This document shows positions 11,390 to 24,070 of a stretch of DNA of 29,921 nt, piece by piece. The stretch's first letter is position 1, and every line of letters begins with the position of its first letter. The position numbers and the translations under genes are program-made. The DNA is from Octopus sinensis (lineage: Eukaryota), in assembly GCF_006345805.1 (NCBI RefSeq), contig NW_021832693.1, positions 1 through 29,921 of the forward strand, written 5' to 3'. The notes under the pieces are model-generated. The model saw only the letters and a list, made by a program, of their open reading frames with translations. It made no database searches and was not told where the DNA came from.

Positions 11390-11690
11390 ATGCACAAAAC
11401 CTAACAGCGGATAGTGGAGATCAAATAAGTCTTCGCCTGCAAGAAGGATTCCACCAATCTTGTCTCGCTTGACACATCTATTCTGAGGTGGTCTCAGCTG
11501 TCTTTCTTCAGCAATAAATAACGCACTAGATTTGCTGGGAAATTCCAGAAGCCATTTTCCATGAGGAGTGAGTCAGCATGCTACCTTTTGACAAAGGCTT
11601 CGTGTGTCAAATCTTGGTATTTAGTTTTCTTCAGTTGGTGAAAGATGGTAACATTTACCTTCGACAGTAGATTATGATGGTTTGAGTTAC
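11390..11690 (-). pseudogene. Decayed C-terminus of an RLE-type LINE (HERO/NeSL-like)
   Basis: Minus frame FHQLKKTKYQDLTHEAFVKR*HADSLLMENGFWNFPANLVRYLL..RLVESFL resembles the AHE.K..KY.EL..E....GW.A....VEVG.RGF.A.S motif of HERO-type ORF ends. Judged by eye. Confidence 0.5.
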
Positions 11691-12582
11691 TAAAATATTA
11701 ACTCCTATATTGAATAACAAGTCAATATACAAACAGCTCTAGCTATGTGTTCGGCTCTATGTAATTTATTTATTATTACAGTCGGAACGTAAAGCCCACG
11801 TTAAAAGGTGCTCAGCTGTGTTAATGGTGTTATTTAGTTATTTATAGATGTTATGTTGTTATACATATGTCGTTGTGATACACTACAACATTTGTGATGT
11901 TCAATGAAAACGCTTGTTAATTGAGTGTGAAATGTGAATTGGGAAAATGGTGAATTATAAATGGAATTTTATATACAGTACACACATATATATGCACACT
12001 CATATATATACATATATACATGCATGCATACTTACATTTGCATCTGTGTAGGGATGGGACGTACTTTCGTGTGTACGTGCCTGTGTGTGTGTGTAAATAC
12101 TAGCAGTAAGTCTGCCACTGTAGCTTTGGTTCATAAATTAAGTTTAACAAATTACCGCTATGAATAAATAAATAATCTACTTTCCCCTCTACTATGAATC
12201 TGATTGACACCATGATTAAAGGAGATATATGTAATATCTGACGATGTATTTCAATCGAAACTGCGCTCGGAAAGCGTTGAAAATCGTGGTTGACTGAACA
12301 AAAAGAGTTAAAAGCAATGAGAATTCGCATATATAACACTAATTGTGAACCGATGTTACTTTGGTTGTTGTTGTTGTTGTTGTGTTGTTAGTAACCTGTC
12401 AAACGTCTATTTTTGTCATGCAGTGTCGCAGTCTCAGAAAGTCACATTTTACTTACTGTACAGTTGTTTTTATAAATGTTTAGCTCTATAGCAGCAGTGC
12501 TCAATATCAGCAATACTTGTTCAGAGGCATGACCAGAGATGTATACTTGATCATGAGGTCTTTTGAATACATCAAAGAAAAC

Positions 12583-12629
<47 letters not shown>

Positions 12630-13197
12630 GAGTGAGAGAGCAGTGCATGCCATCAAAGTGACACTGGGGTAAAAATATACGAAGCCCAGTATACCAGTCA
12701 TGACAACCCGCCTGATAAGAGTACATCAGGCACATGCATCACAACCATATGTGCGCGACATGGTGATCTCATATCAAGATAAACAGCACATGACCTTGCA
12801 GGTGGAGCCCAGTTAGAATTTTCTTCTGGTCGAGTAGCCCATCCCGCTCAAAAAGTCCTTGAATAAGGATTGTTTAAGGATGTTGAACGAATCACCCATG
12901 TTTCCAAAGGTGAATTATCCAAACCTCTAAGAATTCCTTTCAACCTCTAAGAATTCCTATGATGCTCCCCCACTACTTCTGCTCGTGATCAGAGATGCAC
13001 ATATCGTCAGCCACTAAGGGACATGCTCAACTGGTTAAGGTCAAACAACTGACAAGCAAATCTGTGGTATTGAGCAGAATATTTACTGTAGCCCATCTTT
13101 TATACCAAGACAAAACAATGTAAATGATAACACTTCCAATCACTTAAGATCAGAAGCCATGAGAGCCACTGTCTGGTACTGCATCAAGGCAGCCCTT
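12630..13197 (-). mobile_element. ~570-bp non-coding element embedded between TAA/TTA microsatellites
   Basis: Higher-GC non-coding block bounded by (TTA)n at 12584-12629 and (TAA)n at 13197-13220. It has an internal tandem duplication AACCTCTAAGAATTCCT (~12922-12958). The strand is inferred from a putative TAA tail. Confidence 0.55.
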
Positions 13198-13245
<48 letters not shown>

Positions 13246-13265
13246 TCATTATTATTATTATTATC

Positions 13266-13672
13266 GCGGCGAGCTAGAAAAATTGCTTAGCGGTATTTCG
13301 TCCGTCGCTACGTTCTGAGTTCAAATTCCGTCGAGGTCGACTTTGCCATTCATCCTTTCGGAGTTGATTAAATAAGTACAATTTATGCACTGAGGACGAT
13401 GTAATCGACTTATCCCACTTCCCGCAAATTTCAGGCCTTGTGCCTATAATAGAAAGGACCATTATTATAATTATGGCGGCGAGCTGGACGAAATGCTTAA
13501 CGGTATTTCGTTCGTCGCTGCGTTCTGAGTTCAAATTCCGCCAAGGTCGACTTTGCGTTTCATCCTTCTGGGGTTGAAAAATTTAGTACCGGTTGAACAC
13601 TGGGGTCGATGTAATCGACTCATCCCCACCTCACCCAAGCAGCCCTGGTGGCAAAAATTTGAAATAACAATT
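13266..13672 (+). mobile_element. Two family A SINE monomers with head deletions
   Basis: GCGGCGAGCT heads at 13266 and 13474, typical bodies and (ATT)n tails. Confidence 0.85.
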
Positions 13673-13701
13673 ATTATTATTATTAAAGCAGCGAAAATAT
13701 T

Positions 13702-13729
<28 letters not shown>

Positions 13730-13732
<3 letters not shown>

Positions 13733-13901
13733 TTATTATTATTATTGCCTTTGCACAACTTCTAACGCTGGAGATCTACTACAGTGTCAGCTGTTCATTA
13801 CCAGTGAACTAAGGTAACACCTCTTACTTTTCGAGTACCTTCCGGAGTATTTGAGCGGCTCCAAGCAGTACTGTTTTCTGCAAGTGTTCCACCCTTATTT
13901 C
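13730..13901 (-). mobile_element. 5'-truncated R4/Dong-like LINE 3' end with (TAA)n tail
   Basis: 13824-13901 on the minus strand translates EIRVEHLQKTVLLGAAQILRKVLEK* (LQK..LLGTA.ILRKVL motif of R4/Dong ORF ends). A ~77-nt 3'UTR follows, then (AAT)n. Confidence 0.75.
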
Positions 13902-14472
13902 AGCATTGGGACACTGTCATATTCTCTGATGAGTCCAATTTTACTGTATTTTCTGAGAGTGGCCAAGTGTAGGTCTGGTGCAGTCAACAATGAAACACGG
14001 CGGCTATTCTGTGATGGTCCGGGGAACAATTTAGAGCAATGGTCGATCAGAACTGGTGGAATGGGAGGGAAGCATAAACTCAGATAAATATGTGTCCGTA
14101 TTGCAGAAAGGACTCCTTCCAATCTTCACCAGTGGTGAAATAATTAAAGCTGACTCTTTATTTATGGAACATGGGACTCTTTGTCAACCGGCTAAAAGGG
14201 CCCGAGGTTATTTGGAAGAGAATGGCATTAAAAAGCTTCCTTGACCAAGCCAGTCACCTTATTGGACACCTCTGGGTCATAATGAACAGAACACTTCATA
14301 AAAAGAAAAGAAAAAAAAAAACAAAGCATACTCAATCAAAGCCCGATCTTTTGAAATTACTGCAAGAAACTTGGCAAGAATTCCTCAAGAGACTATTCAT
14401 CATCTGATCAGTATCACGACTAATAGGATCCTTGCATTGAAAAATGTAATGGGCATGTCTACTAAATATTAG
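13902..14472 (+). pseudogene. Decayed Tc1/mariner-family (Tc1-like) transposase, catalytic half
   Basis: QHWDTVIFSDESNF, INSDKYVSVLQKGLLP, FMEHGTLCQPAK (like QDGAPCHTAK), YLEENGIKKLP*PSQSP, HLWVIMNR and ..NVMGMSTKY* (stop 14470-14472). Multiple stops and frameshifts. Confidence 0.85.
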
Positions 14473-14490
14473 ATATTCACATTATAATAA

Positions 14491-14689
14491 TTACTCTTTT
14501 ACTCTTTCACTTGTTTCAGTCATTTGACTGCGGCCATGTTGGAGCACCGCTTTTTAATCGACCAAATCGACCCGGGACCTATTCTTTGTAAGCCTAGTAC
14601 TTATTCTATCGGTTCTCTTTTGCCGAACCGCCAAGCGACGGGGACGTAAACACACCAGCATCGGTTGTCAAGCAATGCTAGGGGGACAA

Positions 14690-14728
<39 letters not shown>

Positions 14729-14890
14729 CGACAGGTTTCTTTCAGTTTCCGTCTACCAAATCCAGTCACAAGGAATTGGTCGGCCCGGGGCTATAGCAGA
14801 AGACACTTGCCCAAGATGCCACGCAGTGGGACTGAACCCAGAATTATGTGGTTGGTTAGCAAGCTACTTACCACACAGCCACTCCTGCGC
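14491..14890 (-). mobile_element. Family B SINE
   Basis: Full head, CORE-like centre and tail, matching the copies at 10486 and 24071. Confidence 0.85.
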
Positions 14891-14965
14891 TTCAGATTTA
14901 AATTAAATTTAATGAATATAAGGGTGTCTGTTTACTTCTATCATGTCCGTATATATCAGACCTAC

Positions 14966-14967
<2 letters not shown>

Positions 14968-15057
<90 letters not shown>

Positions 15058-15165
15058 AGACGTCTGCAATAAGTGTATAAATCTGAGAGGGGAACGTGTT
15101 CAATAAAATCGCAATTAACCGATCCTTCTATATTCTCCTTTACCAACACTTATATATATATATAT

Positions 15166-15263
<98 letters not shown>

Positions 15264-15395
15264 ATGTTTATATATTTATGTATATATATATATATATATG
15301 TATGTATGTTATATATATGTTTGTGTGTATATATATATATATATATATATGTTTGTGTGTATATATATATATATATATAATATATATATATATAT
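14968..15395. repeat. (CA)n/(TA)n/(TG)n microsatellite blocks around a ~100-bp spacer
   Basis: Direct reading of the sequence. Confidence 0.95.
15051..15110 (+). mobile_element. Possible Penelope-like pLTR remnant (degenerate hammerhead plus AATAAA)
   Basis: CTGAAGA (15054-15060), CGTCT..AGAGG imperfect stem, GGAACGTG, then AATAAA at 15102-15107. Core residues are mutated. Confidence 0.3.
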
Positions 15396-16138
15396 GGCGG
15401 TTTACATAATGGGTGACACGAAACGAATAATAGAACATTTACACTCAAAACTAGCTGGAACTGAACTAAATGTAATAATGCTAGATCGTCTATTCTAGCT
15501 TTCTACGCTTAGTAACATTCTGTTTTGTTTTTGCGAACCAGAAGCTGATATTGCGCTCGTTGATTACATAATTAACATCAACTCAAAGATGCATTAAGAA
15601 ATTATTCTTCTGGTTTCATTATAATGCTACGAGAGACAAGACACAACCGTATAATATAACCAAGACTGAATATTTTTATAATGAAATTTTTGTACGATAT
15701 CATTTCGCTATCATGATGTATAAAAACAGATGCATCTTTTTCGTGAAGATACATTTTCATATATCAAAAAAAATTATATTATAATCAGGAAACTCGTCTA
15801 AAGTTGCAGTGTATGACAATTTTTCTTGTCATCGATATTTTCTCGATCGATGATAGATAAACACAAGTGTGTTAATGTGATGGCGACAATAAGGTTCCAT
15901 TGCTAATACCAAATTTCGGCTGTAGGGACAGAGATATTTCAGAATAAAGAATCAATAGAATATGCTGAAATGAGGATATGTGTAAGGTGAGAAGCAAGCA
16001 GCTCCGATTCAGTAAGATAAAGTAAATTGCCCACGAAATAACTGCATTTCATTCACCCAGTTTGAAACCCATGAGATTTATTCAGACTTTCAGGCATTTT
16101 ATCTCGTGAAAGTACGAACAACACATGTCCTTTTATAG

Positions 16139-16222
16139 CAGTGTTTCCCAACCTATTTTCTCCCAGGCCCTACTTTGAATTTCCAGAGAAAAGTATGCCT
16201 CTCCGTTGGTTGGAAAAAAATC
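16139..16222. mobile_element. Possible degenerate hAT/Charlie-like MITE
   Basis: CAGTGTTTCCCAACC (typical Charlie-type TIR) with only a weak inverse GGTTGGAAAAAAATC at 16208-16222. No TSD seen. Confidence 0.3.
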
Positions 16223-17107
16223 TTTATTTTTAATATTAAATATTATCTGATACAAAAGAATATACCGGTAACTGTAGAGTCCCTTTATGCTCTATGATGT
16301 AGCAGTTTGACAAAAGGATCGATAACAAAAAGTACCAGCCTAACTAAAATCAATACTTGAAGGTGGTGCTCTGAAACCAGTAAGAGGCAGAGAGAGAGAG
16401 CGCGAGAAAAAGCGGCAGGGCGAGAGTGTTGTGGATGTATAAGTACGTACGTTTATATGCATGCATGCGTATATCTATATGCAAATGTATGTATATACGT
16501 ATATACACATACCTTAATAATATGTGTCAAATTTACAAAAGGACTCTTGGTATTCATGCTAAAAGTTTGATAAATAGTTGTTGAACATATTTTGACATAT
16601 CTCGTGAAAAGTGTGTTTTTTTTTATATATCAAAATGAACTTTCTTTTGTTGAGATGTCAATACTGAAGGAGGTTTATGTCTGTCATCAACATTATCATG
16701 TAAAGTGGCTCATTAACTCTCCCGTTTCTTGTTTGTATTTTTTACTTTATCTTTCAAAAGATTTCTTGTTTTGTTTTGTTATTCTTTTCATTAATTTTGT
16801 TTGTTAGTACTTTTTTTAAAATTTGATTTATATATCTAATCAAATATTCCAATATTAGTATTTTGGATTCACTTTTTGAACTCTTACACCTTATAGTTCG
16901 CAAAGGAGAAATATTGTAGATAAACGAGCTCCGCTATGCATTTTATGTCTGTGTAAAACACGCAAACCGTTTTCCCGATAAAGCCACTACAAAAAACAAA
17001 ACCACTAGAATTTCTATAAAAAAAAAACAAAAAATAAGAATAGGAAACTCTCTCTCTCTAAGAAATTACCAAGCCACAATTTTCAGGTATTATTATTCAT
17101 TCTTAAA

Positions 17108-17695
17108 AGGCGGCGAGTTGGCAGAAACGTTAGCACGCCGGGCGAAATGCTTAGCAGTATTTCGTCTGCCGTTACGTTCTGATTTCAAATTCCGCCGAGG
17201 TCAACTTTGCCTTTCATCATTTCTGGGTCGATAAATTAAGTACCAGTTACGCACTGGGGTCGATGTAATCGAATTAATCCGTTTGTCTGTCCTTGTTTGT
17301 CTCATCTGTGTTTAGCCCCTTGTGAGTAGTAAAGAAATAGGTATTTCGTCTGCCGCTACGTCCTGAGTTCAAATTCCGCCGAGGTCGACTTTGCCTTTTA
17401 TCCTTTCGGGGTCGATGAAATAAGTACCAGTTACGCACTGGGGTCGATATAACCGACTTAATCCCTTTGTCTGTTCTTGTTTGTCCCCTCTGTGTTTAGT
17501 TTAGCCCCTTGTGGGTAGTAAAGAAATAGGTATTTCGTCCGTCTTCACGTTTTGAGTTCAAATTCCACCGAGGTCGACTTTGCCTTTCATCCTTTCAGGA
17601 TCGATGAAATAAGTACCAGTCGAGCACTGGGATCGATGTAATCGGTTTGCCCCCTCCCACGAAAATACTGGCCCTTGTGCCAAAATTTGAAACCT
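17108..17695 (+). mobile_element. Family A SINE head plus three units (two young-tail, last old-tail)
   Basis: Junctions AAAGAAATA|GGTATTTCG at ~17340 and ~17529; the last unit ends CCCTTGTGCCAAAATTTGAAACC. Confidence 0.9.
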
Positions 17696-18111
17696 ATATT
17701 ATTCCTTCTAGTCTGAAATCTTTCTACTTTTTCACCCATTCATGGATATTTGAAATTCGAGATTCATAAATCCGTTGCAGCTTTCACTTAAATTGAATTC
17801 TATATTTTCAGACAAGACGGCGATTTAACCCTTCTTATATTGGAATAGTTTATATCATATTAGCCAGTGGTTTGTTGTTGTTATTATTTTAAGTAATCGG
17901 CAGTACTTAAGCAACTGATGCTACGTAAGAGCCTGTGTTAAAGTGAATTTAAAGTATACATAAGCCGAATAATGTGCCTAGGTAATACGCCGTATCAAAA
18001 TATTATCTTCGTGAGAAAAAATCAATAAACTCGTCTAATTATCCATTGAGTAACGTGTGCTGTAGAGTGCCATAGCAGTGCACGAGTTCTAAACTCCGTA
18101 AAGTTGACTTA

Positions 18112-18487
18112 TCTCTCTCTATATAAACGGCAGTTTGTCTGTGTGTGTTTCTGTGTGTCTGTTTGCTTGTACCCTCACTCTGACCACGGCTTTCAACCGA
18201 TTCTGATGAAACTTGACACACACATAGCCCAATGTCATAATTCAAAACTAACGCAGCGAAAATTTTGAAAAGTTCCCCCAGTTCTGAAAAAAATCGATAA
18301 ATTCGACATGGGGTCGAGAATCAGAAACACGAACCACGAACTGTGTAGGGGACGCAACTCCACCTTTTTTAACTATCAAAAAAAAAATTTACCATCATTT
18401 TTTTGCTGTTTTTTGGCTATAACTCTCTAAAAATGCTTTATAGTTATTTCCCTTACAAACCAGAGCAACGCCGGGCGATACTGCTAG
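18112..18487 (+). mobile_element. Non-autonomous Helitron (376 bp)
   Basis: Inserted between A(18111) and T(18488). Begins TC(TCTCTCTATATAAA), has a GTCT/GTGT microsatellite and ACCGATTCTGATGAAACTTG, and ends with a subterminal GC palindrome (CCAGAGCAACGCCGGG) followed by CTAG. Confidence 0.8.
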
Positions 18488-19124
18488 TATCGTGATATGT
18501 GCAGCAACATTTATCTTCCGTCTAACTTGTGTAAATCATAGAATTATATCCACATCAAGCATCTGTTTGTATTATGTGAATGTCATGTAGTAGTGAGCCC
18601 AAGAAGCTAAAGTAAATATAAAGCTAGAAATAGAAAGAGAGAGAGAATAAGAAGTGAAGGAGAGAGAAAAATGGAGAGAGAGAGAGAGAGAGAGTAAGAG
18701 TGAGAGGGGGAAAAGTAATGCGTAGATAAGATTATTATACTTATGCACAGATATTAGCGAATAGGTCCCTTTATTGAGTGATATAGGCAATATTTGAATT
18801 CAGTTAAGATAAATTTGAATAAAGTTTCCATGAAATAAATTGTGAAGAGGTATATAATTAGTTATATTGGCAATTTCAAATACACTAGGCAGTTATACGC
18901 ACAGTTTAATGTTATTTTTCAGTATAATATGTTATTATTTATGAAATTCGTTCGTCTTAGATTCACTGTGCAGCGATGTAGAGATTTAATGAACAGTTTG
19001 TAAATGAAAGATGAAAGATTTAGATACATATTAACAACGTATACTGTTGAAAAATAGTAAATCAAAACGAATTATGATACTGTATGTGCATATTTTAAAT
19101 GGCCAATATTACTCTTCTCTGCAG

Positions 19125-19222
19125 CAACTGTTTTAGTATCCAGTTAAATCGTCTAACAGACGAATACAACAAACGAATCTATGAAATAAAATCCAGCAAA
19201 ATATATAGTGAAATCACTGAAA
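19125..19222 (+). CDS. Candidate 98-bp internal exon (unverified)
   Basis: Acceptor TACTCTTCTCTGCAG, donor AAA|GTATGA, and one open frame NCFSIQLNRLTDEYNKRIYEIKSSKIYSEITE. No family recognised. Confidence 0.25.
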
Positions 19223-19744
19223 GTATGAGTAATGTCCCATTATCAGCGACATAACATTTTATTTTAACATAGCTATAGTTTTATTATTCTAGACATATGA
19301 AATAGTAATTCAAATTAGAAATCATTAATACGGTTCTGAACGCATTCTCAGCCTTTATAACACGAGGGATAATTACCGTAGAATTGTCACAACATAACGT
19401 ACGTTGGAATCGTAAGATTTATTTTTATCCAAGTTGAATTTCTTAGGTTTGAACTTACAAATCACTGTTTGTCGTTAGATATATTCCGACATCGGATAGG
19501 TATAACATATTGTTAAAACGTTGCAATATTTACCGTCTGAATATTTTCTGTAGCATTCCTTTGATAATATAATATATATATAGCAGAAATGTAAGAAAAT
19601 TTCGTTTATTAAACTGAACCACAGTTCTATAAAGACATATCTATAAAGAATATGTGTATGATTGTTTGAAAGGTTTCTCGTTCTTTAGAAATACTCAGAA
19701 ATGCCCATCTAAATTAGTCGTCAGTTTAAAAATCCAAATAATTC

Positions 19745-19915
19745 AATCATTCTTTTTTTTCATTTGTTCATGTCATTAAACTGCAGCCATATTGGAACAC
19801 TGTCCCTGAGAACTTAATTGTCGAACAAATCGTCCGCAGTCCTTTTTGATCCCCGCCATGATATGGGGACATCAACAAACACAAAGCCACACACACACAT
19901 ATGTTATTATATGAT
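19745..19915 (-). mobile_element. Old diverged family B-like SINE 3' part
   Basis: Reverse complement reads ..GTGTTCCAATATGGCTGCAGTTTAATGAC.., resembling the B tail. Confidence 0.5.
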
Positions 19916-20783
19916 CGAACGCCATGCATCCATTTCCAAGCAACTTTTATCTTAATAATTCCGATGCGCACTCTACAACCTGTCTCTATTCTATCTCCCT
20001 CTCTTGTTCTTCTTCCTTTCTGTTTTTCTCTCCCACCCTTTCTTTAATTCTTCTCCTCTCCCTTTCATCCTTCCCTCTCTCTCTTTCACTCTTCCTCCTT
20101 GACTCTCTCGTTGCTCACACGTGACCAACAGCTATCTATCTTTCTTCCACTTCCTTCCTAAAGACAAGACGTGCTTTTGCCTGTTTCTTCTCAAAGCTCG
20201 TTTTTCCAGCGTTCACCACTTCACCTCTTTATGGCTTAACAGCCCTCACCGTTTGTTTTTACTGTCCTATTTTTGTTAACACTTTAACCCTCCGCAAAAA
20301 ATCCCAAATTTTATTGAATTTGCTTTGCAGTCGCGTCTTGTCCCCACCTACGAAACGCGGAGTAGATAAAACAAACGACAACTGATGAAGAGAATGTTCT
20401 TTATGTTGCCTGTCTCTTTTGTCTATTTGTTTCTTTCGTTGTTCGAAAAAATGTTCGTTTCCATGCTTTTTTAATGTTCTCATTTCTCATTTTGTTCACA
20501 ATTTTTTGACGTCCTGTACCCATATATGCATGTATATATACATATATATGTAGGCATGTACATGTATGTGTGTATATATGCATATATACATATCTTATTT
20601 ATATTATTATATATATATATACATATATATACATATATATATATTGTAAGGTCGACGCTCTACCCACTGAGTCATGCGCCTTCACGTTCTAAATAAGTAC
20701 GTTGGTATATCTATCTATCTATCTATCTCTCATCTATCTATCTATCTATCTCTTCTTTCCTTCTCTCTCTCTTCCTTCTTTAT

Positions 20784-20819
20784 GTTTCCGACGAAGAGCT
20801 CCGCTCGAAACGTCATAAC
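20784..20819 (+). ncRNA. Degenerate minimal hammerhead-ribozyme motif, Penelope pLTR type
   Basis: GTTT-CCGACGA-A-GAGC-TCC-GCTC-GAAA-CGTC-ATAAC: CUGANGA core with U4>C, a 4-bp stem II, GAAA, a loopless palindromic stem III and a GUC triplet. Confidence 0.55.
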
Positions 20820-20909
20820 TTCCTGCTTTCCATATTTCCTGAGCGCCTATTATAATATACTGTAATTGTTCCATTGTTTGTTGTTTTTTTTTGTTTTCCC
20901 GTTTGGATT

Positions 20910-21470
<561 letters not shown>

Positions 21471-21474
21471 TCCG

Positions 21475-21590
21475 TCAAGTAAATCCATTAAATCCTCGAG
21501 CTGATGTGTCACGAAGTGGGACTGAACGTGGAACCCATATGGTTGGAAGCATTTTATTATCACACACCTACACACCTACACCTGCGCCCA
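21475..21590 (-). mobile_element. Degenerate, internally deleted family B head
   Basis: GTGGGACTGAAC..GGTTGGAAGCA..CCTGCGCC aligns to the reverse complement of the B head. Confidence 0.55.
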
Positions 21591-21591
21591 T

Positions 21592-21636
21592 ATAGATAGA
21601 TAGATAGATAGATAGGTAAGTAGGTAGTTAGATAGA

Positions 21637-21667
<31 letters not shown>

Positions 21668-21742
21668 GTAGGTAGGTAGGTAGGTAGGTGTAGGTAGGTA
21701 GGTGGGTGGGTGGATAGATGGATGGATGGATGGATGGATGGA
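21592..21742 (+). repeat. Compound tetranucleotide array (GATA>GACA>GGTA>GGTG>GATG)
   Basis: Direct reading of the sequence. Confidence 0.95.
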
Positions 21743-21766
21743 TATACCAACATACTTATTTAGAAC

Positions 21767-22105
21767 GTGAAGGCGCATGACTCAGTGGGTAGAGCGTCGA
21801 GCTTACAATCGTGAGGTCGTGAGTTCGAATCCCGGACCGTGCTGCGTGTTGTCTTCTTGAGCAAGACACTTTATTTCACGTTGCACCAGTTCACTCAGCT
21901 GGAGAAATGAGTTGCGATGTCATGGGTGCCAAGCTGTATCAGCCTTTGCCTTTCCCTTGGATAACACTGGTAGGGTGGGGAGAGGGGAGGCCAGTATGCA
22001 TGGGCGACGGTTGGTCTTACATAATCACCCTTGCCTGGAATTGTGCCTGGGAGGGTAACTTTCTAGGTGCGATCCAATGGTCAGACATGACCGAAGGGAG
22101 TCTCA
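21767..22105 (+). mobile_element. Family E tRNA-derived CORE-like SINE
   Basis: A-box TGACTCAGTGG, B-box GAGTTCGAATCC, CORE-like TTGAGCAAGACACTTTATTTCAC..CAGTTCACTCAGCTG and a 3' hairpin GGTCA-GACA-TGACC. Confidence 0.8.
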
Positions 22106-22808
22106 GCATATATTTAGGACACTCAAATGTTGAAATGGTGACGCTCATTTATAGAAAATCTAGTGGGTAAAATGGCTGCACTGTGTATGCTATCAGCACT
22201 GAAATGGATACTTGCCTGCAACAGTTTGTAGAGAAATTGACAGGAAAATTAAACCATTAAGATTATCAAGATTGCTTTATTCCATTTTTATCGTGTAAAT
22301 CCAGAACATATAACTTAAAAGATCACTTTGCGAAGGTTGTATCTTAACTTACAGATAAATTTAAATGAGTCATTGAGGATATATAAGAATTTCTGTCTTC
22401 GTTTCATAGTAATAACTCCACGATATCTGAGAATGTATCGTTTCATATGTACTGGGTGCAAATGCGTTGAATGTAGGCCAAAATAGAGCGCCTACACAAG
22501 TTCAAAAGCTTAACAATATTGCATTAATAAAATTCTATAGGATAATTTTGAAGTAATAAAACGAGTGATTTTACCAACTGTTAAAGAAAGCTGTGCCTGT
22601 TTAAACGGTCTTTGTATAAGATTTGAGACAGATGTAAGTCATTAAATATCCTGAGAGCTGTATACTGCATATACTTGCTGTGTGTAGGTGCTATGTGTTT
22701 ATGCTGTTTGTAAATGTTGATTTAATGATGCAAGTTTATATTATTAAATAGTAACACCCACACTATACTTTGATAAATACATACGTACATACACGCATAC
22801 ACACACAG

Positions 22809-22845
<37 letters not shown>

Positions 22846-23549
22846 CACATACAAATACATGTATGTATATATGGGTGTGTATGTATAATAGATAACGCAA
22901 AAAGAGAAGGAGAAGCGAAGAATAAAGATGGGAAGGAAAGTAGAATTAAACTGAAACATAAATGGAAGTAAAATGAGAGAAAGAGTGTGCGTGAGAAGGA
23001 GAGAGGGAGAAAGAGAAAGAGTGAGAAATCGAGAGAGAAAGCGAATGTGTGAGTGTGTAAGATATATATATATATATAAAGAAAGACAGAGAGACAGACA
23101 GAGAAAGATACAGAGAAACAGACACACAGACAGTCAGGCAGTCAGGCTGTGAACACAAGAGAAATAGAACATTTTTAGACAAAACAGAATCCCCATGACG
23201 GAATGACCACCTGGAGAGGGAGCACAAAAATATCTTAGAATGAGAACTTGACAACCTAACCTTGCTCGACGGTAACAAAACAGACATTAGACATTATAAG
23301 GAACAGACGTATCGCGACGTTACTCACTTATAAACAAACCCTTTTCAATATATTCCACCACCGTGCCACCGTTTGATTTTCCGCACTGTAAACATCTTAA
23401 TCATTCCTTCTATTTTTTCGTCATTCATTCGATGCTTTCTTATTAGCATTTGCCTCGTTATTACCAATCCTTCTTCACCCCTGTTATAACCCACTTGAAC
23501 TCTCCTGAGGTTTCATGCGTTTTATTCATCGACCGATAGTCAATGATAG

Positions 23550-23930
23550 TGGAGGCGCAATGGCCCAGTGGTTAGAGCAGCGGACTCGCGGTCATAGGAT
23601 CGCGGTTTCGATTCCCAGACCGGGCGTTGTGAGTGTTTATTGAGCGAAAACACATAAAAGCTCCACGAGGCTCCGGCAGGGGGTGGTGGTGAACCCTGCT
23701 GTACTCTTTCACCACAACTTTCTCTCGCTCTTTTTTCCTGTTTCTCTTGTACCTGTATTTCAAAGGGCCAGCCTTGTCACTCTCTGTGTCACGCTGAATA
23801 TCCCCGAGAACTACGTTAAGGGTACACGTGTCTGTGGAGTGCTCAGCCACTTGCACGTTAATATCATGAGCAAGCTGTTCCGTTGATCGTATCAGCAGGG
23901 ACCCTCATCGTCGCAACCGACGGAGTGCTC
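23550..23930 (+). mobile_element. Family C tRNA-derived SINE, full length
   Basis: A-box TGGCCCAGTGG, B-box GTTTCGATTCC and a ~300-bp non-tRNA body. The head is nearly identical to 3356-3430. Confidence 0.8.
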
Positions 23931-24070
23931 CTATCTATTAGCAGTTGCTCGTTATTACCAATCCTTCTTCACCCCTGTTATAAACCACTTGAACTCTCTT
24001 GAGGTCCTTGCGTTGTATTCATCGACCGATAGTCAATGATACTAAAAATAAATTATATCCAACAGAATGT

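Noticed and set aside
12238-12270. CTGACGA..GAAAC hammerhead-like motif
   Set aside because: There is no convincing stem II or stem I pairing.
19293-19590. Additional acceptor/donor pairs (19293-19398 and 19554-19590)
   Set aside because: All three frames contain stops.
20350-20480. GAAAC..GTA..CTGATGA arrangement (type II hammerhead or snoRNA C box)
   Set aside because: Stem I does not pair and no D box partner is evident. It is probably part of an unclassified repeat (~19960-20520).
21767-21845. Possible tRNA genes here and at 3358, 23552 and 29078
   Set aside because: They have A/B boxes but no clean acceptor stem, and they continue into SINE bodies, so they are SINE heads.
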